A stretch of DNA of 64,000 bases, taken from positions 672,001 through 736,000 of the forward strand of contig CAWDML010000008.1 in NCBI GenBank assembly GCA_963803435.1, in the 5' to 3' direction. A program made the position numbers and the translations under genes. This DNA is from an uncultured delta proteobacterium (lineage in GTDB: Bacteria; Myxococcota; Kuafuiibacteriia; Kuafuiibacteriales; Kuafuiibacteriaceae). The notes below the pieces were generated by a model. It was not told where the DNA came from, did not search any database, and saw only the letters and a program-made list of their open reading frames with translations. Positions 1 through 11,035 of this stretch are shown here, one piece after another. How positions within the stretch are numbered: position 1 is the stretch's first letter; each line of letters starts with the position of its first letter.

Positions 1-26
1 TCCCGCCGACGGCGGACGCGGACCTC

Positions 27-752
27 ATGCTCGAGGACATCGAGCCGCTGCGCTCGTGGCTCGAGAAGACGCTCGAGCGTCCCGCGACCATCTCGATCGC
101 GGAGTCGTACAGCGATCTCGAGGCGCGGGTCCTCACCGGCAAGCTCGACCTGGCCGCGATGCCGCCCTATCTGTACGTCGAGACCAAAGATCGAGATCCG
201 CGCGTCGAGATCGTCGCGAGCAAGCTCGTCCAGGGCTCGAGCGGCAACGACAGCATCCTCTACGTTGGCGAGAGCTCCACGATCACCCAGATCGCCGAGC
301 TCAAGGGCAAACGCCTCTGTTTTCCGGATCGGAAGTCGACGACCGGTTACCTGTTCCCGCGCCTGGCGCTTCGCCGGGCGGGGCTCGATCCGGACCACGA
401 CGTCGTGGGCCACTTCTCCGGAAGCCACATGCAGGCGCTCCGAGATCTGGTGGCCGGAGTCTGCGATGCCACCGCGACCTACTCGGGCGGCTTCCTCGGC
501 GCCGATCGCGCGGGCATCCCGGTCGCCCGCATCAAGCAGCTCGCCATCATCGCGCGCTCACCCCATCAGGCGCTGGTGGTCCCGGCCAACGTTCCCGAGG
601 CGGAGCGCCGCCGCATCCAGCGTGCCCTCCTCTCGTATCACCCCGCCGACGGCGGGGAGAGCGGCCGGGTGGAGCGCATCTCCGGTTTCAAGGATCCCGA
701 CCCGAACGACTACGACACGGTCCGGGCGGCCCTCGAGGAAGCCGCGGAGTGA
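27..752 (+). CDS. Phosphate/phosphonate ABC-type substrate-binding domain protein (PhnD-like); frame is open to the window edge, so probably 5'-partial
   Basis: Motifs ELKGKRLCFPDRKSTTGYLFPR and FSGSH..ALRDLVAG..DA are typical of Phosphonate-bd domains. Confidence 0.8.
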   Translation: MLEDIEPLRSWLEKTLERPATISIAESYSDLEARVLTGKLDLAAMPPYLYVETKDRDPRVEIVASKLVQGSSGNDSILYVGESSTITQIAELKGKRLCFPDRKSTTGYLFPRLALRRAGLDPDHDVVGHFSGSHMQALRDLVAGVCDATATYSGGFLGADRAGIPVARIKQLAIIARSPHQALVVPANVPEAERRRIQRALLSYHPADGGESGRVERISGFKDPDPNDYDTVRAALEEAAE

Positions 753-974
753 CGCCCCCGCAGATCTCGGTGCGTCTCGTGCAGCAGCCGAACCGACGGT
801 CGCCGCGACATACAACTCAACGGATCAGCTCGAAGCGCGCCGAGTAGAGCTTGAGCCTTCGCGTCGCCGCTCGCGAACCGGCTCGATCAATCGCGAGGGG
901 GAGGATGGAAGCCCCGGGGCGGCGATTCGAGGGCTTTCGTGGCCCTAGCTGCGAGAATGGCCTAGGGTGCACGG

Positions 975-2270
975 ATGCTCGTCGAATCGCTGCTCACGCG
1001 GCGGGACGCGGTCGTGCCCCGAGGCGTTCCCAGAGCCACCACCGCCGTCCTGACGCACGGCGCCGGCGCGCGCCTGCTGGACGCCGAAGGCCGGAGCCTG
1101 ATCGATTTTGCCGGCGGCATCGGTGTGGCGAACGCCGGGCACTGTCCGCCGAAGGTCGTCGACGCCATCGTCGCGCAGGCGCGCAAGCTGATCCACGCCG
1201 GGATCCACGTCGCGACCTACGAGCCCTATGTCGCGCTGTGCGAGCGACTGGTCGGGCTCCTCCCCCACGGCGGCGCCACCAAGGCCATGCTGCTCAACTC
1301 GGGCGCGGAGGCGGTGGAGAACGCCATCAAGATCGCGCGCCAGGCCACCGGGCGGGGCGGCGTGGTCTGCTTCACCGGCGCCTTTCACGGGCGGACGCTG
1401 CTCGGCATGTCGCTGACCTCGAAGACCGCCTACAAGATCGGCTGCGGCCCCTTCGCCCCGGAGATCTACCGGCTGCCCTTCCCCGATCGCCTGCGCGATG
1501 GACACGGGCAGACCGAGGAGGCGTTCGTCGCGCGAGCCCTCTCCGACTTCGAGGAGGCCTTCTCGACCTACGCGGCGCCCGGCCAGGTCGCCGCCATCCT
1601 CATCGAGCCCGTGCTGGGCGAGGGCGGATTCATCCCCGCGCCCCAGGCGTACCTCGAGGGCCTGCGCCGCTTCGCCGACCGGCACGGGATCATGCTGGTG
1701 TTCGACGAGGTGCAGACCGGCTTCGCGCGCACCGGCTACTGGGGCGCCTATCAGCACTACGGCGTGACGCCCGATCTCTCGACGTGGGCCAAGTCGATGG
1801 GCGGCGGTCTGCCGATCGCGGCGGTCGTCGGGCGGGCGGAGGTCATGGACGCGGCGCGCCCGGGCACCATCGGCGGTACCTACGGCGGCAACCCGGTCGC
1901 CTGTGCGGCGGCCCTCGCGAACATCGAGGTGATCGAGGAGCTGGGGCTCCTGGCGCGGGCCCGCAAGATCGGTGACCGCGTGCGCGCCCAGTTCGAGGCG
2001 GTGCAGAAGCGCTGCTCCGCCGTCGCCGACGTGCGCGGGCTCGGGGCGATGATGGCGATGGAGCTGTGCGTCGACGGCAATCCGCGCCGACCGGACACCG
2101 CGCTCACCACCGAGGTGCTGGAGGCGTGTCTCTCGCGCGGCCTGCTGGCGCTGTCCTCGGGCGTGCACGCCAACGTGATCCGCGTGCTCTGCCCGCTGGT
2201 GATCGCAGACGACGACCTGGAGCAGGGCCTGACCATCATCGAGGAAGAGCTGCTGCGGAGACGAGCATGA
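975..2270 (+). CDS. gabT: 4-aminobutyrate aminotransferase (class III PLP enzyme)
   Basis: IDFAGGIGV, NSGAEAVENAIK, FHGRT, EPVLGEGG, DEVQTGFARTG, WAKSMGGG (PLP lysine), GGTYGGNP. Confidence 0.9.
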   Translation: MLVESLLTRRDAVVPRGVPRATTAVLTHGAGARLLDAEGRSLIDFAGGIGVANAGHCPPKVVDAIVAQARKLIHAGIHVATYEPYVALCERLVGLLPHGGATKAMLLNSGAEAVENAIKIARQATGRGGVVCFTGAFHGRTLLGMSLTSKTAYKIGCGPFAPEIYRLPFPDRLRDGHGQTEEAFVARALSDFEEAFSTYAAPGQVAAILIEPVLGEGGFIPAPQAYLEGLRRFADRHGIMLVFDEVQTGFARTGYWGAYQHYGVTPDLSTWAKSMGGGLPIAAVVGRAEVMDAARPGTIGGTYGGNPVACAAALANIEVIEELGLLARARKIGDRVRAQFEAVQKRCSAVADVRGLGAMMAMELCVDGNPRRPDTALTTEVLEACLSRGLLALSSGVHANVIRVLCPLVIADDDLEQGLTIIEEELLRRRA

Positions 2271-2404
2271 GGCTGTTCGGTGTCATGGGGATGCAGCTGT
2301 TCGTCACCGCAACGTCGAGTATCTGTGCAAGCGGATCGAGCTGGGGGCGGAGGGCTTCCCGTGGGTCCGCATGGTGGTGCTGAGCGAGCTTGCGCCGGTC
2401 CCCG

Positions 2405-2776
2405 GCCGTGGTGCGGCAACGAGGTGCTGCCGGAGTCCTTCGGCGGCGAGGTTCGAGCCCAGGCCCGCGCATGACGGTGGCTTTCGGAGAGGAGCTCAAG
2501 AAGCTCGGCTACCGCGGCTACTTCGAGCTCGACTCTCTCCGCGACCTGGACACCGATCAACTCTACCTGGGCGAGGTGAACCCGAGGCTCACCGGCGCCA
2601 GCGCGATGACGAACCTGGCCGCGTTCGCGCACGCCGATGCGCCGCTCTTCCTGTTCCACCTGCTTGCCTCTGGGGTCTGCTCGACGTGCGTGCGGTACGT
2701 GCTCCAGACCTGCGACACCACCGAGGAGGCGATCGCCGCGCTCTGCAGGTTACGTTGCCATACCTGGATCCTTTGA
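2405..2776 (+). pseudogene. Remnant: ATP-grasp (biotin-carboxylase-like) fragment joined to a C45-peptidase-like fragment
   Basis: WCGNEV...(frameshift)...GYRGYFELD..YLGEVNPRLTGAS, then VRYVLQTCDTTEEAIAAL; neither part is complete. Confidence 0.5.
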
Positions 2777-2787
2777 GCGGTCCCGGC

Positions 2788-3945
2788 TCAGTTTGGAAGG
2801 CAGGCGCCCTGTTGGCCGGTGGGACCGAGACAGTAGTAGCCGGGGGCGCAGGTGGATTGGGTGCCGCCGTTGGGACAATTCTCGAGACAGAGAGAGAAGA
2901 AGTCCGGAAAGTTGAAGCAGCTCGATCCGGACGGGCATGGATTCGTCGTCGGATCGCAGAGCTGCTTGGTGCAATAGCCGCCGGGCCAACCCTGGAAGTT
3001 GAGGCACGTCAGGCCGGTCTGGCAGTCCTCGTCGCCCGTGCAGGCGCCGCCGACGCCTTCGCCGTTCGGGTTCATCGATCCGCCGGGATTCGGCCAGCAG
3101 ACGCGCTGGGGATCGAGCCCGAGCTGCACGCACAGATATCCCATGCGGCACTCGGCGTTGCTCGCGCATTCGCCCAGGCAGACCGCATTGCCGCCGCCGA
3201 AGCCGCGACAAGCGGAGCCGGCCGGACACGGCGAGCCGAACATCGAGCAATCCTGCGAACAGTATCCGTCCGGGAAGCCCTGGCTCGAGTCGATGCAGAA
3301 ACCGATGGGCCCGCACACGTTCTGCGCAGCGCAGGGATCGCCGACCGGCGTCGCGGTTCCGGCATCCGGCGTGCCGCCGTCGGGAGTGGGACCGCCATCG
3401 GGCCGGGGGCCCGCGTCCGGCTGCGAAAGCGGGCACATGCTTCTGCCGCCGCCGAGCTCGATGCAGGATTCGCCCGGCGGGCACATCGGATTGGTGCAAC
3501 ATAGGTTGCGCCGGTTCGCTGCCTGACAGCTACTGATCGGATTGCTTGGCGAGGGGGCCACACACGCGTACTCCGGGGGGCAGTCGCAGTCGGTCCTGCA
3601 CTGGGACGGATTGCAATCCACCTCGCAGAACCCGCCGGCGTTGCAGCTCCAGACGCTCGGGCCGTTCGGACAGGGCGGCGGCTGGCCGCGCTGATCGAGG
3701 CAGTCTCTCGGCACCTGGCACTCGATGAGGCCGCCGTCCAGCCGCGAAGCATCCGGTGCGAGGTCTCCGTCCGGGACCGAGCCGTCCTTCCGGGCCAGCA
3801 ATCCGTCGGGGACAGGACCCGCACCGTCCGTCGGCCCCGGGCCCCCGTCTCCCAACCCCGTGCCTTCACCCAGAAGACCGACGCCGTCCCGACCGCAGGA
3901 GGCGAGCAGGAGTGATGCGAGGAGGCACAGCCAGGTGGTACGCAT
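2788..3945 (-). CDS. Cysteine-rich lipoprotein
   Basis: Signal/lipobox LLLASC, PDG/DAG linkers, repeated C-x(3-5)-C modules (GYCS/GYCT). Confidence 0.75.
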   Translation of the reverse strand: MRTTWLCLLASLLLASCGRDGVGLLGEGTGLGDGGPGPTDGAGPVPDGLLARKDGSVPDGDLAPDASRLDGGLIECQVPRDCLDQRGQPPPCPNGPSVWSCNAGGFCEVDCNPSQCRTDCDCPPEYACVAPSPSNPISSCQAANRRNLCCTNPMCPPGESCIELGGGRSMCPLSQPDAGPRPDGGPTPDGGTPDAGTATPVGDPCAAQNVCGPIGFCIDSSQGFPDGYCSQDCSMFGSPCPAGSACRGFGGGNAVCLGECASNAECRMGYLCVQLGLDPQRVCWPNPGGSMNPNGEGVGGACTGDEDCQTGLTCLNFQGWPGGYCTKQLCDPTTNPCPSGSSCFNFPDFFSLCLENCPNGGTQSTCAPGYYCLGPTGQQGACLPN

Positions 3946-4139
3946 CGTGCCCCAGTCTACACGAAAGCCCCGCGACGCTGGTCCTTGGCTTCGGACCCTG
4001 GTGGCGCCGACCAGCGAGAACGCGCCGTTGGTGGAGTGCATGCATGCGCACCTCGGAAGCAAGCGGGAGGCCGTTCGAGAGTGTATGGGACGGCGCGCTT
4101 TCCTCGGACCATGTGTCGGAGGCACGCGACTTCCGATCT

Positions 4140-4938
4140 TCAGCGCCGGCAGGCGACCTCGCGGCCAATGGCGAGCAAGGCGTTACGAATCCGCTCGCTG
4201 CTGTCGCGGACGGAGTCAATCGGGTGGAGCGTCGCGAGCCCTCCGAGCGCGTCTGCGTTGCGAAAGCCCTCCTCGAGGTGGGCTCGGTGCGGCCCGATGA
4301 ACAGGTGAATGTGGGCCTCGATCTCCTCGAGCGTGGCGATCGCCTCTTCGGTCGTGGCCGTCACCTGAATGTCCGGATAGAGCACGACGGGCGCCTCGGC
4401 AAAGGGCGCGTCGGTCGCTCCGATGATCACGGGACGAACACGGCCGTCCTCGTGTTCTGGGACCGCCAGCAACGCGTCCAAGAGGTTCTCCGGATCTTCC
4501 AGATTGAAGGTGTGATGCTCGAGGTTGTAGCCGGTTTTGCCGATCTCGATGGCCTGGTCGATGGCCGAATCGAACCTGATCGACCGAGGTGAGGTCGGGC
4601 CCTCTGGCGGGGAACCAACGGACGTCGTTCACGAAGCCGAGGACGTGGTACGTGACGGTGCCTCCGCGCGCCTCGATCGGGGCGAGTCCCTCGACGAGCG
4701 CGAGCAACCCGTGCTGCACATCCCTCAGGAACGGCTCCATCGACCCGGATACGTCGATGACGAAGAAGATATGAAGGTCCTCGGCAGCGCTCGGATCGTC
4801 GGTCGCTCCCTCGGTGTTCTCGCAGGTCTCGAGGATCTCCTGTCCATCCTCCGTGTCACCGGAGGGGCTCAGCGCGAGGCCCCCGACATCCGCGACACAG
4901 CCAGGCAGGAGGAGCCCTAGGAGAAGACACGACCGCAT
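4140..4938 (-). CDS. von Willebrand factor A domain lipoprotein (frameshift near 4570)
   Basis: Lipobox LLPGC; MIDAS motif FVIDVSGSM; C-terminal half (IIGATDAP) continues in the 4140..4481 frame. Confidence 0.65.
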
Positions 4939-5057
4939 CCGTTCATCCTCTTCGGGTGCGGCTCGCTCTTCCCGGCAAATTCGGGGGCGGGATCGACAAA
5001 GACAGGCGAGCTCGGGCCAAGAACGACCCGGCTCGACCGAAAGACGCCGACCTGGGC

Positions 5058-6370
5058 TCATAACGAATCGACGATCCCGAGGTGGATCTCCTGGACACCC
5101 TCGGCGTTCATTTCCACCAGGAAACCTCCGTCGAGCGCGATCGCTTGCCGGAGGTCGAGCGCGCTGTCCCCGAGGGTCTGCGAGGGACAGAACGTCTTCG
5201 ACTGCAGATCGTAAGGAGTGATGACGCCGAACTCCTGGAAGAGGAACAGCGTGTCGCGGCCGACCAGCGCCGTGTGGATGCGCGTCGGAGAGGCCGTGTT
5301 GCCCACCAAGGTCCAGACGCCGTCGTCGGCACGGGCGAACAGGCGGCCCCGGCGATCGCCGATGTGAGCTCTCCCCGAACCAGGAACAGCGATGCGAGCG
5401 TCGAGGTGGTCGGCACCACCTCGTCGACGCGATCGACGCCGTTCTCCAGACGGAACACGGCGCCGACCTCGTCGGTTGCCTTCGTGAGTACCAGCAGCGT
5501 GGTCGGATCGATGACTGCGAGACCGCTCTTGGTGGTGGAGGTGATCGAAGAGCCGCTCCACAGGAGCGACCACCTCGCGCCGTCGAACCGATGAAGCTTG
5601 CCGAACGTGGTCAGGGTGTAGAAGGCGCCGTTGAGGCTGATCATCCAGCCGATGCGATCGCCGGGCTCGAGGTCCGGATGCGGAGGTAGCGCCTCGTGAT
5701 CAGCGTACGAACCCCGCCAAATCGTCGTAGCTCCGGTCTCGTCCGACACGCCGAAGTAGGTCGTGCTGCCGTCGCTCCAGGCGGCGCCGATGATCCCGGA
5801 GACCGAGCTCGTCAGGACGGCCCCAGACCGGCTGACCTCGAAGACGTTGGTCGTTCCCTCGTTGAGGACGAACATCTGGACGGCGCCCGGTCCAGCCGGA
5901 AGCAGCGCGGTGATGAGCCCGTGAATGGACGAGGTGCCGTCCGAGAGCGAGGTCAGCCGGAGCTCTGGACAGCTCACCGACCTGGGAAACGGGAAGTCGT
6001 GGAGCCACGAGGGTACCGCATCGATCGACTCGAGCGCCTCGCCGGTGTCGTCGAGTCGATACGCAGCGAGCGGCGAGACTGGAAGCGCGGCCGTGGGGGC
6101 GCCCGAGGGGGCCTCGGTCTGTTGTCCCGGGATCATGCTCAGGTCCTCGGCAGTCTCAGCGTAGAACGCCACCACCAGCTCCTCCTGATCGGGATCGATG
6201 TCATCGAGCCGGATGGGGAAGCGGGGCTCGTCGACCTCGAGCCGGGTGCGTGTGCTCGAACGCTCGCCGACGACGACGACGCCGCTGCCGTCCTCTGCAG
6301 GCAGCGACAGGTCGATCGCCCCCGCCCTGCAGCTTGTGAGGATCAGACCCGCGAGCGCGGCCGGTCGCAC
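5058..6370 (-). CDS. Lipoprotein with probable beta-propeller (frameshift near 5350)
   Basis: Lipobox LILTSC; beta-rich W/G repeats (FDGARWS); C-terminus continues in the 5058 frame. Confidence 0.55.
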
Positions 6371-6616
6371 GGCCCCGAGTATAGCTCGAGGCCCACTCGG
6401 GAAACCTCGGCGACATCGCCCGCGGTGTGATGACGACCTGCGCGAGGCGGCGTCTCACCCGCCTCATCCAGGCGGCCTATGCGACATGAAGCGACGTTTT
6501 GCGGGCGCCGGAAACGGCGTGATCGTCGAGCACATCATCGAGAGCCGACCGAGGTGCCCGATCATGTGAGCCCCATGTGAGCGGTGCTCCCGCCTCGAGT
6601 TCGGTAGGAGCGAGCG

Positions 6617-7309
6617 ATGGGAAAGCGGTCACTCACCTCGACCCTCACCGTGCTCATCGCCGCCCTGGGGTGCTCGCCGTCGAGCCCCCTGGACCGCGAG
6701 GATGGGGGGCACGAGGGAGACACGGGCGAAAGGGCGCCGGCGAGCCCGGCCCAATGCGCGTCGGTCTGCGAGATGCGCGCGACCGCGTGTGGGGCTCCGG
6801 CGCCGATGGGGACGGCGGCCTGCGGTTCGCTCTGTGGGGCCGGCGCGACCGACGCCCAGGTCGCCTGTCTGGGGTCGAGCTCGTGTGCTTCGCTGATCGA
6901 CGCGTTCACGCGCGCATCGCTCGTCTGTGGGATCGAGCCGGCCGGGGCCGATGCCGGGCCCATCGACGGTGGGGATCAGGACGCCGGCTCGAGCGGCAGC
7001 TGCGAGATCGGCGACCGTCGCTGCCCAGAGGACTTCACGGCCTTTCGGTGTGAATCGCTGTCGGGACGCCCGCTGCCGGTGACCGAGCACTGTGGTGCCG
7101 GCCGACCCTGCGAGAACGGGTGGTGCATCGACACCTCCAAACCCGGGCTTCAATCGACCTGCTCGAGGGCGTCCGATTGCCGGACTCCCGCCCGGTGCGA
7201 AGCGAGTCTTTGCTGCAATCCTGCGGGCGAGGTGTGCACGGTCGATGGCGATTGTTGTGGGGCTGGCGGCTGCGCCGACACGACGTTCGGGTTCCGGGCG
7301 TGTCGCTGA
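6617..7309 (+). CDS. Cysteine-rich lipoprotein
   Basis: Lipobox AALGC, DAG linkers, many paired Cys; GGAG upstream of ATG. Confidence 0.7.
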   Translation: MGKRSLTSTLTVLIAALGCSPSSPLDREDGGHEGDTGERAPASPAQCASVCEMRATACGAPAPMGTAACGSLCGAGATDAQVACLGSSSCASLIDAFTRASLVCGIEPAGADAGPIDGGDQDAGSSGSCEIGDRRCPEDFTAFRCESLSGRPLPVTEHCGAGRPCENGWCIDTSKPGLQSTCSRASDCRTPARCEASLCCNPAGEVCTVDGDCCGAGGCADTTFGFRACR

Positions 7310-7366
7310 CGGTTGCTCGGAGGCGGCTGGGCGCGCTACCCGAAGGGAGGGCCGTGCCCAAGTCCG

Positions 7367-10054
7367 ATGCGATTCGTCCCTCGATGCACGCCTCGGTTCC
7401 TGGCTCGTGAGGTCGACCTCGACCGTTTCCTCCAGCTCGTACGCGAAGGCGCTTCCCTGATCACGGTGACGGGCCCCGCCGGGGTCGGCAAGTCGACCTT
7501 GCTCAGCCACGCGCTGCTCGACGTCGGAGAGGACGTCGACCGGTTGGTCCTCTCCTGCGCGCTGGGCAGCGCGAAGACGGCCCCCGACTTCCTCAGAGCG
7601 GTCTGGTCTCAGCTCGTCCCGGCCGATTCGGCGCCGGTCGTCGAGGACGGGCTCCTCGACGCGCTGGACGCACGCCCCACCATGCTCGTCCTCGACGACT
7701 TCGAGCACCTGGTTCCCGCTGCCGTCCCGCAGGTTCAACGATGGGTTCGAGAGTGTTCGGAGCTACAGATCGTGGTGACGTCGCGCCGGCGCCTCGGCCT
7801 CACCGAGGAGCGACTGGTCGATCTCGCGCCGCTCGAGGTGCCGTCGTCGGATGAGGATCGACGTGCGGGCCCGGCCATGGCGCTCTTTCTCCGGTGCCTT
7901 GCCGATCTCGATCCTCGCCTGGCGGAGCGAGCCACGGCGGATCCGATGACTCCGGCGCTGGTCCGTGCGCTCGGCGGTCTACCTCTCGCGATCGAGCTGG
8001 CGGCCGCGAAGTGCCGGACCTTCTCTCCGACCGCGCTGCACGATCGGATGGCGGATCTGTTGAATCTGTTGAGCGCGGGCGCGGCGGGATCGACGACCTC
8101 CGTCCGAAACTGTCTCGACGCCTCCTGGCGAAACCTCAGCGAAGAAGCCCGGCGGACGCTGGCGCAGATCTCGCTGTTCCAGGGGCCGTTCTCGCTCGAC
8201 GACGCGATGGCGGTGGTCGATCTGTCCCACCCGGAAGCGGTGTTGCCCGCCCTCGAGTCTCTCCGGGACGGCTCGTTCATTCAGGTCGACGACGGGGGAG
8301 CGCTCCGGCTCTTGCTCCTCGTTCGCCAGTTCGCCTCCGACGCCCTGGGCCCGAGCGATGCAGAGGCCGCTCGAACGCGCCACCTTCGCTGGGCCGCTCG
8401 CCTCGCCGCCGACGCCGAGCGGCGCCTTCACCAGCGCGACGCGTCGAGCGCGTTCGCCGAGCTCGAACGGGCCGAGGCGGACCTGCTCACAGCCTTGGCG
8501 TTCGGCGTGCAGCGAGAGAGCCCCGCAGAGCGCAGTGACGCGCTGGCCATCGCGATGACGCTGTCCGTACGCGCCGACCTGGCGGGCAGCGTGGGCGTCC
8601 CGAGCGAGCTCGAGGAGCTGCTCACGACCGACCCCGTGATGAGGGCGGCGCACCCCGCGCGATGCGCCGAGGTGAAGATCCGGCGGGGCTTCGCACGCCT
8701 CCGTCGGGGCCGGCTCGAGGAGGCGCGGGACGAGCTCGTCGCTGCGCGCGCGATGCTCGCAAAGGGGGACGATGCGATCGATCCGGTCATGGCCACCGTC
8801 CTCGACGCCGAGATCCGCCTCGCCGAGCGGAACGAGGTGGAGGCGATCGCGATGCTCGAGGCGAGCGCAGAGCGATGGCGAGCCGCAGGGGACGGCTGGG
8901 CCGAGGCGCGGACGCGAGAGGCGTTGATCGATGCACACCGTCAGGTCGGCCGACCGGAGCTGGGTCTTCGGCAAGGAGAGCTGGCGCTGGCGCTCCTCGG
9001 CCCCGACGACCACCTCCTTCACGCGCCGGTGTTGACCGGCCTCGCCTTCGCTGCGCTCGAGATGGGGCTGACCGAGCAGGCGCGCGCCTACGTCCGGCGC
9101 GGGATGGAGGTCCTGGATCGGGCCTCCGTGCGAAGACCCAGGACCGAGGGCGGGCTCGAGCTCGCCCGCGCGCGAGCGCTTCACCTGGGCCGAGAGACGC
9201 GCGCGGCGATCGAAGGCTACGAAAGGGCGCGCGGCATCGCGCTCTCGGGGGGCGACACGGAGCTCGCGGCCTACGCCGAGCTCTCGCTCGGGCTCGCCCT
9301 CGTCGAGCATCAGCGCGGGGTCGAAGCGTGCGAGTGGTTCCATCGAGCCGAGGCCCGCCTGGATCCTTGGCGGCCCTACGCGCTCATCGGAGCGATGATC
9401 TCGACCGCGGTCGAAGCGGGGCTCGGGCTCCTCGAATCAGCGCGAGCGCGCCAGGCGACCTGGATGGACGCCCTCGCCCGAGCCCCCGCCGGACCTTTCG
9501 CCGCCATTGGTCGCGGCTGCGCCGAGGTGGTGCGCATCCTCGGAGCCCGGTCGAGCGACGTGGCGCGCTTCGCGCTTCGCTTGCCCCTGGGCGAAGGCGC
9601 TTCGCCGGAGACTCCTGCGCTCCTGACGGAGCTGGACGGGCAGATTGGCGGACTCTTGATCGAGGCACGGGTGACGGCGGCGCTGATCCGGTCCGCCGAG
9701 ACGAGTACGAGCGCGTCGCCGGAGCCGCCGGGTCGAGAGATGGCGGTCGCCACGGATGGCGCGTGGTTTCGATGCCCCGATGGAAAGCTCGTGTCCTGCG
9801 GCCGGCGTCCGGTGATGCGAAGGGTCGTAGTGGCGCTCGCCCGACTCCGCGCGGAGGCGCCGGGAGCGTCGTTGTCCCCCGATGACGTCATCCGAGAGGG
9901 TTGGCCGGGAGAAAAGATGCTCGAGGCTTCCGCGCGTCGACGTCTTCAGGTGATGGTCTCACGCCTCCGCGAGATGGGCCTTCGGGAGGTCCTGGAGACC
10001 ACGGACCTCGGCTACCGGATCGACCCCACCTGCCGGGTCCATTTTCGAGGGTAG
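7367..10054 (+). CDS. STAND-type ATPase (NB-ARC/AAA) with TPR-like region and C-terminal winged HTH; putative regulator
   Basis: Walker A GPAGVGKS, Walker B LVLDDFEH, VTSR, GGLPLAIELAAA, C-terminal GWPGE..RLQVMVSRLR..GYRID; start uncertain. Confidence 0.8.
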   Translation: MRFVPRCTPRFLAREVDLDRFLQLVREGASLITVTGPAGVGKSTLLSHALLDVGEDVDRLVLSCALGSAKTAPDFLRAVWSQLVPADSAPVVEDGLLDALDARPTMLVLDDFEHLVPAAVPQVQRWVRECSELQIVVTSRRRLGLTEERLVDLAPLEVPSSDEDRRAGPAMALFLRCLADLDPRLAERATADPMTPALVRALGGLPLAIELAAAKCRTFSPTALHDRMADLLNLLSAGAAGSTTSVRNCLDASWRNLSEEARRTLAQISLFQGPFSLDDAMAVVDLSHPEAVLPALESLRDGSFIQVDDGGALRLLLLVRQFASDALGPSDAEAARTRHLRWAARLAADAERRLHQRDASSAFAELERAEADLLTALAFGVQRESPAERSDALAIAMTLSVRADLAGSVGVPSELEELLTTDPVMRAAHPARCAEVKIRRGFARLRRGRLEEARDELVAARAMLAKGDDAIDPVMATVLDAEIRLAERNEVEAIAMLEASAERWRAAGDGWAEARTREALIDAHRQVGRPELGLRQGELALALLGPDDHLLHAPVLTGLAFAALEMGLTEQARAYVRRGMEVLDRASVRRPRTEGGLELARARALHLGRETRAAIEGYERARGIALSGGDTELAAYAELSLGLALVEHQRGVEACEWFHRAEARLDPWRPYALIGAMISTAVEAGLGLLESARARQATWMDALARAPAGPFAAIGRGCAEVVRILGARSSDVARFALRLPLGEGASPETPALLTELDGQIGGLLIEARVTAALIRSAETSTSASPEPPGREMAVATDGAWFRCPDGKLVSCGRRPVMRRVVVALARLRAEAPGASLSPDDVIREGWPGEKMLEASARRRLQVMVSRLREMGLREVLETTDLGYRIDPTCRVHFRG

Positions 10055-10865
10055 TCCGAGGCCGGGACCTCCGTCGAAGAGAGAGGGCACGATCATGCGG
10101 CGCCTGGTCCTCGATCATCATCTGATGCGTGTCGGCCATCGCCTGCTGGCTCACTTGGAAGAGCTTGCTGGACGGGTGATCGAGCTCGACGATCAGCATC
10201 ACCACGCTCGAGATCGCGAGGACGAGCGTCATCGTCCCGGCCAGCAAGCGGGAGAGACCGAGACCAGAGACGTATCCCAGCACTAGGAGCCCCAGCATCG
10301 ACACCGCGTAGAGGGTCACCAGGATCGGCAGCGGGAGACGCTGGTAGAACCCGACCGTCACGCGCGACTCGTGAAGATCGATCATGTGGTTCAACGCGTC
10401 CTCGAACAGCGCGACGATCGGTGACTCTGGGGCCTTCTCGGCGAGGGCGGCCATCTCCGTCCACATCCTTTTTTGGAGCTTCGGCGACTCGAGCAGGGCC
10501 TCCTGCAGCGCCTCGGGGTCCTTGGGCGCGAGCCGGAGGTCCGCGTACTCGGTGAGGAGCCTCCGAACGCGCGCTCCGTAAGGCTCCGGGATCGTCTTCG
10601 CGCGGAGGAAGGCTGTACCGATGGCGTTCGCGTCCTCCAGCACCAGCGCCTTGCGGTCGGAGAACCGCGCCTCGACGATGCCAAAGCTGAAGGCGAGCAG
10701 CAGGCCGAGCAACCCGAGGATGGCACCGACCAACACGCTGGCGGTTGCTTTTTGATCCGCGTTCGCCTTCTCGGCGGATCTGCGGCCAAACCGATATCCG
10801 ATCTCGTTGATGAGCATCAAGATGAGGATCGTGACGATGAGGACCCAAGGCCAATCTGCCTTCAT
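9888..10865 (-). CDS. DUF4239/bestrophin-like membrane protein; true 3' end may be near 10093
   Basis: TM segments, LGLLGLLLAFSF, EDANAIGTAFLR, IVELDHP; the tail runs into the convergent gene. Confidence 0.75.
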   Translation of the reverse strand: MKADWPWVLIVTILILMLINEIGYRFGRRSAEKANADQKATASVLVGAILGLLGLLLAFSFGIVEARFSDRKALVLEDANAIGTAFLRAKTIPEPYGARVRRLLTEYADLRLAPKDPEALQEALLESPKLQKRMWTEMAALAEKAPESPIVALFEDALNHMIDLHESRVTVGFYQRLPLPILVTLYAVSMLGLLVLGYVSGLGLSRLLAGTMTLVLAISSVVMLIVELDHPSSKLFQVSQQAMADTHQMMIEDQAPHDRALSLRRRSRPRTTLENGPGRWGRSGSRGPWSPGPPEGPSRGGVRPSPEDVDARKPRASFLPANPLG

Positions 10866-11035
10866 CAGTGCCTCCCCGGCGGTGCTTCGATGAACATGGT
10901 GTCCACCTCCTCGCCTGTCCGCTTGCACAGGAGGTGCCGCAGCTTGCGCAGAGATGACGCTCATCGGTCGGCCGCGCTCGCGCTCAGAACGATGATCTCG
11001 TGCTCGGACGGGGACGGGAGTGGACGGGCCCTGTG

